The translations under genes were made by a program, and so were the position numbers. A DNA stretch of 36,101 bases, taken from positions 1 through 36,101 of the forward strand of contig JBBRDV010000008.1 of assembly GCA_038203565.1 (NCBI GenBank). The letters are read 5' to 3'. The first letter of the stretch is position 1. Each line of letters opens with the position of its first letter. Positions 29,461 through 36,101 of this stretch are shown in pieces. The notes beneath the pieces are model-generated. The model was not told the origin of the DNA and ran no database searches. It worked only from the letters and a program-made list of their open reading frames with translations. This DNA is from Atribacterota bacterium (GTDB lineage Bacteria > Atribacterota > Phoenicimicrobiia > Phoenicimicrobiales > Phoenicimicrobiaceae).

Positions 29461-29489
29461 TTGCAATATATAACAATTTCTTTTATAAT
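29461..29489 (+). promoter_or_regulatory. SigA-type promoter upstream of the HU gene
   Basis: TTGCAA-N17-TATAAT. Confidence 0.55.
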
Positions 29490-29618
29490 TACTCAACATG
29501 TTCCTATTTTATATATCATAAATCTATTTCCTAGCTCGACAATTTGGATTTAATTTATAAAAAATGCTTGAAAACACTGTTTTTTCTTAAAAAATTAAAA
29601 ATAATTTCTAAAAAAAGA

Positions 29619-29646
29619 AGGATTTTTAAAACGCTTGTCGTATAAT
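29619..29646 (+). promoter_or_regulatory. SigH-like promoter upstream of the HU gene
   Basis: AGGATTT-N11-GTCGTAT, overlapping TATAAT. Confidence 0.5.
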
Positions 29647-29732
29647 ATATAAGTAGTAGTCTTGAAATGCTTAGAAATACTTGTATTTTATTTATTTTAG
29701 GATATTTTTAAAAATGAAAGGAGGTGTGAATA

Positions 29733-30005
29733 GTGAACAAAGGCGAATTAATCGATAATGTAGCAAATGAAATTGGTGTTACCAAACGGGAAGCTAAAAA
29801 AGCTGTCGAATGTGTATTCGATACTATTACTGGTTCCTTAGCCAAGGGTGACGCAGTTAGATTAGTAGGATTCGGAACTTTTGGTGCCAGAAAAAGAGCC
29901 GCGAGAATGGCAAGAAATCCACGTACTGGTGAAAAAATCCAAGTAAAAGCTTTAAATGTACCATTCTTTAAAGCAGGCAAGGAATTAAAAGAGAAGGTAA
30001 AATAA
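29733..30005 (+). CDS. hup: DNA-binding protein HU
   Basis: MNKGELI; GFGTF; ARNPRTGE; FKAGKELKEKV; GGAGGTG RBS with GTG start. Confidence 0.97.
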   Translation: MNKGELIDNVANEIGVTKREAKKAVECVFDTITGSLAKGDAVRLVGFGTFGARKRAARMARNPRTGEKIQVKALNVPFFKAGKELKEKVK

Positions 30006-30040
30006 GAAAATATTTTGATTATATTAACAAGTTAAGTGTA

Positions 30041-30083
30041 AATAGGCCTATTCAGGTAATTTTTAAAACCTGATAGGCCTATT
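30041..30083. terminator. Probable bidirectional terminator between hup and asp23
   Basis: AATAGGCCTATTCAGG / CCTGATAGGCCTATT inverted repeat between convergent genes. Confidence 0.65.
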
Positions 30084-30099
30084 CCATTTGATATAATAA

Positions 30100-30561
30100 C
30101 TACTTCTTTTCTTCTATATGCACACCCTGAATGTTTACATTTATCCCGGTAACCTTAAGTCCGGTTTTAGTTTCTAATTCCTCTTTTACCTTCTTCTGGA
30201 TCTCCTTAGCTACATCAATTATTATGGAACCATACTCTAAAATAACCGAAAGAGTGGTAGAAACTTCTTTATTTTCTCTAAGGTCAACATTAATCCCTTT
30301 TTCTAATTCTTTGGTTCCCAATAAAGTTCCTATCCCCCCTTTGGCACGAGTAGCTAATCCGGCTACTCCAGGTATGCCGATTACTGTTCTGCTAATTATG
30401 GTTGCTATTACCTCCGGTACGATACTTACTTCTCCTAAAATTTCTTTAACCTTAATTTTTTCTTCTTTTTTTTCTTCTTTCTTCATTTCCCCAGCTATTT
30501 TTTCGGTTTCCTGGGTAGCCACATCCTCTGTTTTTTCTTTTTTCTCCTTATTTTTATCCAT
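30100..30561 (-). CDS. Asp23/Gls24 family envelope stress protein
   Basis: GEVSIVPEVIATI; IPGVAGL; KGINVD; YGSIIIDVAKEIQ; TGLKVTGINVNIQGV. Confidence 0.92.
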   Translation of the reverse strand: MDKNKEKKEKTEDVATQETEKIAGEMKKEEKKEEKIKVKEILGEVSIVPEVIATIISRTVIGIPGVAGLATRAKGGIGTLLGTKELEKGINVDLRENKEVSTTLSVILEYGSIIIDVAKEIQKKVKEELETKTGLKVTGINVNIQGVHIEEKK

Positions 30562-30722
30562 ACTAATCTTACCCCCTTTTTTTTACTCTAATATTTTTTA
30601 AATCTTCTTTTTTCGTAAAATCACTTTAGCTATAAATTGCTTTCTAAGCTAACCCTTATTTTTAATAACTTCTAATTTTTCCTGTTACTTTTCGCCTGGA
30701 GTGATATTGAAAATACAATCTT

Positions 30723-30983
30723 TTATCCGGGCATAACTAAAAATTTAATAGCAGTCCTTTCTTCTCCTTCAATTTCTACATCTACAAAAGCTGGTATACA
30801 GACTAAATTAATACCACTGGTTGCGATAAAACCCCGAGCAATAGCAATCGCCTTAACTGCCTGATTTACTGCTCCTGCCCCTATGGCTTGTAATTCTGCT
30901 TTTCCTTCTTCCCTTATTACTCCTGATAAAGCACCGGCTACTGCTTTAGGATTCGACTTAGATGAGACTTTTAACAGTACCAT
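30723..30983 (-). CDS. spoVS: Stage V sporulation protein S family (Alba-like)
   Basis: LKVSSKSNPKAVAGA; QAIGAGAVNQAVKAIAIARG; EERTAIK. Confidence 0.96.
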   Translation of the reverse strand: MVLLKVSSKSNPKAVAGALSGVIREEGKAELQAIGAGAVNQAVKAIAIARGFIATSGINLVCIPAFVDVEIEGEERTAIKFLVMPG

Positions 30984-31191
30984 TCGTTTCTCCTCCTTAT
31001 AATATTGAATGCTTTATAAAATATCCACATCTTCTAATCTATGTAAGCTATTTTTGTTCTCTTTTGTTTCTTGCCCATGTTTACTTTTATAGCCTGGGGA
31101 TAACCTATTTTTTTAAATCACCTCCAATGATTATATTCGAAAATCCATAGTACATTTTATTTTAATTATAACACATTTGGTTTATATTATT

Positions 31192-32056
31192 TTATATTCT
31201 TGCTGTTGATTTCATCTGCTGGTAGGCTTTAATGGTGATATCCGGTGATAAATAAGACAAAAGTGCATCATTATGAAAAAGGGGGGTCAACTTCTCCTTC
31301 TAAATTAAAATGGGATTTGGCTTCGCTCCAGATTTTGGTGCCCGGGATAGCAGAAAATTTAACCAAACGCGGATGAGCCCCACAATCTATCACAAAACGG
31401 ATAGAATCAATAATTTCCTGTAAATTCTGTCCAGGTAACCCGATTAAAATATAAGCACCAATTTGAGAAGTTTTGAACCCTGCTTTTAAAAGATAATCCA
31501 CTGCCTTTTTAAATTCAAGATTGGTTACCTTACCCCCCGTTTCTGACTGGAGACGAGGATCTACTGTCTCAAAACCCAATCTGATGGTCTTCACTCCCGC
31601 TTGGTACATCTTAAGGGCTATTTTTTCGTTGATCATTAGAACATGAATACCATTAGGAGTATGAAGCCTAACGGCTAATTTTTTATGGATTAATCCCTCT
31701 AAAATCAATACTGCCTGAGGTGAGGATATTTTCGTTAATTCATTTATAAAGACATCTTCAGTAAGTCCATATCGGCTAAAACGGCGCGGGATATTTTTTA
31801 AAACTTCTGGTTTTTTAACCTCTTCTTTATAGAAAGGCCCTCGGCCAAATTCATCCTTCTGAGGCAACTCTCTGTTCTGTAATTTCAATATTTCCCGATT
31901 ATAACGGTCCATACAGTCTATATAACTAATCTTATAATCCTGTTCTATCAAAATGCTGGCAATATATAATAATCCTAAGGGTTTAGACCAAAAATCATAA
32001 GCTGTAAAATCATAAATCCAGGGGTTAACCAATAACAAATTATAATTTCTTTTCAT
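31192..32056 (-). pseudogene. B12 radical SAM gene with an in-frame internal deletion and a C-terminal frameshift
   Basis: NPWIYDFTAYDFWSKPLGLL N-terminus joined at PQAVL/ILEGL to HTPNG...RLGFET; no CxxxCxxC; removing one base of the G6 run at 31281-31286 restores DPLFHNDALL... Confidence 0.75.
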
Positions 32057-32143
32057 CGATAGTTCAGTCTTTTACTTTTAATTTTAATTTTTAAAAACAA
32101 AATCTGTTCTGCAGCAGTTAAATTATTGCTATCTCGACAAAAC

Positions 32144-32217
32144 TGTCATTGTGATCTCAGGGAGCGAAGCAATCCTGTGTCGAGATTACTTCGTCACTTT
32201 ATTGCCTCGTAATGACA
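32144..32217. repeat. Palindromic extragenic element (GTCATTGCGAG...CTCGCAATGAC type)
   Basis: TGTCATT...AATGACA outer arms; CGAAGCAATC/GATTACTTCG inner arms. Confidence 0.75.
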
Positions 32218-32242
32218 AATTTCTTAGGAAATTTTTTATTTC

Positions 32243-32473
32243 TTATCCACAGGTCGAGCAAGAACCAGATGAACACGAGCTGCAAGAACTTGAGCTTGAA
32301 CTCATCGGGGACGAAGTCTTTCCGGTACAGAATCCGCAGCCATTAAAAATCCTTTTTATATTCTTGCTATTACATTTTACACAAGATATTTTACCTTCCT
32401 CCATCTCTTTGATAGTTGCTCTAACCTCAAAGGTTTCGTGACAATCCTGACATTTAAAATCATAGTTTGGCAT
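32243..32473 (-). CDS. FmdB-family zinc-ribbon protein
   Basis: MPNYDFKCQDC...CVKC; C-terminal CSSCSSGSCSTC. Confidence 0.9.
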   Translation of the reverse strand: MPNYDFKCQDCHETFEVRATIKEMEEGKISCVKCNSKNIKRIFNGCGFCTGKTSSPMSSSSSSCSSCSSGSCSTCG

Positions 32474-32527
32474 CTCAATTTCCCTTCCTTTTCATACTAT
32501 TTTTGTCAACTTTATTTTCTATATTTA

Positions 32528-32556
32528 TTTATACTCCAAACTATCCTTTCTGTCAA
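32528..32556 (-). promoter_or_regulatory. SigA-type promoter of the FmdB-type gene
   Basis: TTGACA-N17-TATAAA. Confidence 0.65.
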
Positions 32557-32642
32557 GAAAAAATCTATAAAACCTCTGCAAAACTTGTTTAAAAAACCTG
32601 CCAAAGGACCGTCCCCTGGTAGATTGTCTTACGAATCTTAGT

Positions 32643-32671
32643 TTGACAAATACAGAAAAAGAGTATAAAAT
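32643..32671 (+). promoter_or_regulatory. SigA-type promoter of the trk operon
   Basis: TTGACA-N17-TAAAAT upstream of the riboswitch. Confidence 0.7.
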
Positions 32672-32710
32672 TCGTAAGTAAAATAAGTAAAAAAGGACTA
32701 TTCTATTTTA

Positions 32711-32837
32711 ATCGCTAAATCCCTTAAAAAAGAACGGGGGAACCAAGCTTTTGGGGTGAATCTCATTACTTCAAATTTCAGTAATGAGTAGGGCAATCCT
32801 TTCAGCTCGAATCCGTCAGCTAACCTCGTCAGCGCGA
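32711..32837 (+). ncRNA. c-di-AMP riboswitch (ydaO-yuaA)
   Basis: Conserved blocks GCTAAATCC, GGGGGAACC, GGGGTGAATC, TAGGG, CGAATCCGTCAGCTAACCTCGTCAGC, upstream of K+ uptake genes. Confidence 0.92.
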
Positions 32838-32877
32838 AAGGAGATATGATAATCAGGACATATTTTTAAAATATTTC

Positions 32878-32911
32878 AGAGAAACTAAAATCGAATAGTT
32901 TCTCTTTTTTT
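32878..32911 (+). terminator. Terminator of the riboswitch expression platform
   Basis: AGAGAAACTA-N8-TAGTTTCTCT followed by a T-run. Confidence 0.8.
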
Positions 32912-32971
32912 AGTTAAAAGGATCCAATAAATTACTGATTTACTTTAAAGATCGCAGAAAAATAAAACGAG

Positions 32972-34330
32972 GTGATGAATCTCTTGAAAATAATTATCAT
33001 AGGGGCAGGCAAAGTCGGTTGCCAAATAGCCAAAACCCTTTCTTCGGAAAAACATGATATAACCTTAATCGAAAAAAATGATATGATCAGACAGTCTGCT
33101 CAAGTGAATTTGGATGTACTAACTATTTTGGGTAATGGAGCGAATGTTCGTACTTTAGAAGAAGCGGGAATTCAACAAACAGATATGGTAATTGCTGTAA
33201 CCAGTAGCGATGAAGTAAACATGATAGCCTGCATGACTGCTAAGCAATTTGGTGTACCTCAAAAAATTGCCCGTATTCGAAATCCTGAATACCTGTATTC
33301 CAATGCCTTGTCGCGAGAAAAGTTAGGAATAGATCTTACCATTAATCCGGAAAGAGCTACCGCCAAGGAAATAGTTAAATTACTTAAATCCCCAATAAAT
33401 GTTGCTCAAGTCCAGAGCTTCGCTGGGGGGAAGGTTCAGCTTTTTGAACTTAAAGTTAAAGAAGGCTTTCCTTTTATCAACCAACAATTAAAAGCTATCA
33501 CTTTTAAACATCCTATATTAGTTGCTGCTATCTACCGAAATGATAAAATAATTATTCCTGGCGGAGAAGAAAAAATTATTAAAGACGATAATTTATATAT
33601 ATTAATTAAAAAAGATGATTTTTCAGGATTAAATGAAATTTTCAATGAAAAACCTCTAAATATGCAAAATGTTATGATTTTTGGAGGAAGCAGAATTGGT
33701 ATTCAAACTGCCGCAATATTAACAAAACTCGGCATTAATACTAAATTAATTGAAAGAGATAAAGAAAAATGTGAAAAAATTGCTGAAAGCCTTCCTCGCA
33801 CCTTGGTAATAAATGGCGATGGTACCAATATTGATCTTTTAAAATCTGAAGGTATAGAAACCACTGATGGTTTCGTTGCAGTCACCGGATTTGATGAAGA
33901 TAATCTTTTAGTAGCCTTGTTAGCCAAACATCTGGGCACAAAAAAGGTAATTGCCAAAGTAGATAGAATAAACTATATTTCCATACTGGAAAAAATTGGA
34001 GTAGATGCTGTAGTAAATCCCAGAATGACTACTGCTTCTGCCATCTTACGATTTATTCGAAAAGGGAAAATAATTTCTCTAATTTTATTGAAAGAAGGAG
34101 AAGCCGAAGTTATTGAATTGATAGTTAGCCCTCACTCAAAAATTATTAATACACCATTAAAAAAAGCTAATTTACCCCAAAATACCATTATCGGTGCAAT
34201 TGTTCGTAAAGATGAAGTTATTATTCCTCATGGCAATGATACCATTCAACCTGAAGATGAGATAATTATATTTTCCTTATCATCTGATATAAATGAAATT
34301 GAAAAAGTATTCGATGGTGGGGAGAAATAA
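32972..34330 (+). CDS. trkA: Trk K+ uptake regulatory subunit (two RCK domains)
   Basis: IIIIGAGKVG and VMIFGGSRIG; SDEVNM; ARIRNPEY; the true start may be a few codons downstream. Confidence 0.95.
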   Translation: MMNLLKIIIIGAGKVGCQIAKTLSSEKHDITLIEKNDMIRQSAQVNLDVLTILGNGANVRTLEEAGIQQTDMVIAVTSSDEVNMIACMTAKQFGVPQKIARIRNPEYLYSNALSREKLGIDLTINPERATAKEIVKLLKSPINVAQVQSFAGGKVQLFELKVKEGFPFINQQLKAITFKHPILVAAIYRNDKIIIPGGEEKIIKDDNLYILIKKDDFSGLNEIFNEKPLNMQNVMIFGGSRIGIQTAAILTKLGINTKLIERDKEKCEKIAESLPRTLVINGDGTNIDLLKSEGIETTDGFVAVTGFDEDNLLVALLAKHLGTKKVIAKVDRINYISILEKIGVDAVVNPRMTTASAILRFIRKGKIISLILLKEGEAEVIELIVSPHSKIINTPLKKANLPQNTIIGAIVRKDEVIIPHGNDTIQPEDEIIIFSLSSDINEIEKVFDGGEK

Positions 34331-34332
34331 AA

Positions 34333-35775
34333 TTGAAATATAAGATTGTCCTAAATACCTTAGGTAGCCTTTTATTTTTCTTAGGATTAAGTATGTTGTT
34401 TCCTCTTTTGTATGCTATTTACTATCAGGAAACAGTAATAAATGCTTTCTTACTTTCTATGGCTATTACTTCTTTAAGCGGTCTTTTGTTATGGAAATTA
34501 TTCCCTTCAAAAGAACCTATCGGTCATAAAGAAGGATTTGCTATTGCTACCCTGGGTTGGATATTGGCTGCTGGTTTTGGAGCACTCCCTTTTTTATTTA
34601 CCGGCACTTTTTCTAGTTTTATTGATGCCTATTTTGAATCAATGTCCGGATTTACCACTACCGGGGCTACTCTACTTTCCATCATTGAAGGAAAACCTTA
34701 TGCAATTCTTTTCTGGCGGAATTTTATCCAATGGTTGGGCGGCATGGGAATTATAGTTTTGGTAGTAGCTATCCTTCCGGCTTTAGGAGCAGGAGGGATG
34801 CAATTATTTAAATCAGAAGTACCCGGACCTGAAAAAGATAGATTAAAACCAAGAATTAAAGAAAGTGCTAAACTTTTGTGGCAAGTCTATATCATCATAT
34901 CTGCTTTACAGGTTGGATGTTTATATTTTACCGGAATGCCTCTATTTGAAGCTCTTACTAATATGTTCGGAACTATGGCCACAGGAGGTTTCAACCCCAG
35001 AAATTTAAGTATAGGTGCTTATAATAATCCGGTTTTTGAAATAATTATCATTTTCTTTATGTTTATAGCCGGAGCAAATTTCACCTTACACTATCAAACC
35101 CTTCATGGAAATATAAAAAGTTTATTCAAAGATAGAGAATTCCTTTTTTACGGAGGAGTAGTTCTCATGGCTATTCTAGCCATTACTACCGAACTAAGAG
35201 TGGCTATTTATAACTCAATCTTTACTGCTCTAAGATATGCTTCCTTCCAGGTTGTCTCTATGGTCACTACTACTGGTTTTGTAACCGCTGACTATGATAC
35301 CTGGCCGGCATTTTCCAAAAGTATTTTACTTGTTTTGATGTTCATAGGTGGTTGTGCCGGTTCGACCGGAGGAGCTATTAAAAATATTCGAATCCTCCTT
35401 CTCATCAAACAAGCCCATAGAGAATTTCGTAAATTGATTCATCCTCAAGCGGTATCTCCGATTAGATTAGGAGATAAAATAGTTTCTGAAGATGTGATGC
35501 GTAACATTACCGGATTTTTCTTTCTCTACATCTTTATTTTTGTTATCTCTTCTTTTATAATGACTACATTGGGATTGGATATAGTCAGTGCCATGTCATC
35601 AGTTGCCGCTACTTTAGGGAATGTGGGACCTGGTCTTGGACTAGTCGGTCCAGCTCAAACTTATGCCTTTATACCGCCTTTAGGGAAAATTGTTTTAACC
35701 CTCTGCATGTTATTGGGTCGATTGGAAATATATACGGTCTTGATTCTGGTAGTTCCGGAATTTTGGAGAAAATAG
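34333..35775 (+). CDS. trkH: TrkH K+ uptake membrane protein
   Basis: FESMSGFTTTGAT; QWLGGMG; TTTGF; GSTGGAIK; GNVGPG; GRLEI. Confidence 0.95.
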   Translation: MKYKIVLNTLGSLLFFLGLSMLFPLLYAIYYQETVINAFLLSMAITSLSGLLLWKLFPSKEPIGHKEGFAIATLGWILAAGFGALPFLFTGTFSSFIDAYFESMSGFTTTGATLLSIIEGKPYAILFWRNFIQWLGGMGIIVLVVAILPALGAGGMQLFKSEVPGPEKDRLKPRIKESAKLLWQVYIIISALQVGCLYFTGMPLFEALTNMFGTMATGGFNPRNLSIGAYNNPVFEIIIIFFMFIAGANFTLHYQTLHGNIKSLFKDREFLFYGGVVLMAILAITTELRVAIYNSIFTALRYASFQVVSMVTTTGFVTADYDTWPAFSKSILLVLMFIGGCAGSTGGAIKNIRILLLIKQAHREFRKLIHPQAVSPIRLGDKIVSEDVMRNITGFFFLYIFIFVISSFIMTTLGLDIVSAMSSVAATLGNVGPGLGLVGPAQTYAFIPPLGKIVLTLCMLLGRLEIYTVLILVVPEFWRK

Positions 35776-35818
35776 CAATTTAAATTGAAAGCGAAATTTG
35801 AAAACGAGGTAAAGAACT

Positions 35819-36101
35819 ATACCACTTATTAAAACGGTAAAAGAAAAAAAACTATCACCACCTCAGTTATTGGTATTAGGGTTTCTTTCGGCAATTGCTG
35901 TGGGCACCATACTTCTTAATCTTCCTGCAGCTTCCAGCACACAAAAGAGCATAGGTTTTATTAATGCCCTTTTTACTGCTACTTCCGCCACCTGTGTCAC
36001 CGGATTGATTGTGCTGGATACCGGAAAAGATTTTTCTACTTTTGGGCAATCAATTATCCTGATTCTCTTGCAATGCGGTGGGTTAGGAATAATGACGATG
36101 T
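35819..36101 (+). CDS. KtrB/TrkH-family K+ transporter, cut off by the window end
   Basis: Manual translation LSPPQLLVLGF...ALFTATSATCVTGL...QCGGLGIMTM; start uncertain (ATA after GAGGT). Confidence 0.85.
   Translation, partial: MPLIKTVKEKKLSPPQLLVLGFLSAIAVGTILLNLPAASSTQKSIGFINALFTATSATCVTGLIVLDTGKDFSTFGQSIILILLQCGGLGIMTM

Noticed and set aside
30723..30983. spoVS as evidence of sporulation
   Set aside because: SpoVS is widespread in non-sporulating lineages and no other sporulation genes are present
31015..31126. GGAGGTG RBS-like site and short open frame upstream of spoVS
   Set aside because: No suitably spaced start codon and no recognisable product
32151..32641. Plus-strand ORFs of 96 and 67 aa
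   Set aside because: They overlap a palindrome, the antisense FmdB-type gene and promoter DNA; other short antisense ORFs inside well-supported genes were dismissed likewise

Overview
AT-rich, mostly housekeeping chromosomal window from an anaerobic bacterium. It combines Firmicutes-type regulation (T-box, c-di-AMP riboswitch, SigH-like promoters, spoVS, asp23) with TolC-type and PEGA proteins. This mix fits a deep-branching diderm such as Atribacterota, but that is an inference. Contents in order: (1) a MacAB-type ABC exporter operon with two tandem TolC-like genes and a convergent OmpR/histidine kinase pair; (2) a decayed zone (8.1-10.8 kb) of deletion-fused pseudogenes around an intact-looking 49-aa Arg-rich microprotein that the ORF track missed; (3) a full trpEGDCFBA operon plus trpB2 under a Trp T-box with a duplicated antiterminator/terminator module; (4) a B12 radical SAM gene, LysE, DUF456 and HlyIII; (5) lpdA-ferredoxin-aldehyde oxidoreductase; (6) a DUF4384/PEGA protein, HU, Asp23, SpoVS, a deleted radical SAM gene and an FmdB-type protein; (7) a c-di-AMP riboswitch-led trkA-trkH-ktrB-like K+ uptake operon. 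Several REP-like palindromes lie between genes. I found no CRISPR array, tRNA, rRNA, transposase or prophage. No clearly new multi-gene system is demonstrated. The best candidates for novelty are the stand-alone YxGPERR microprotein, the asymmetric TolC pair and the LpdA-AOR linkage.
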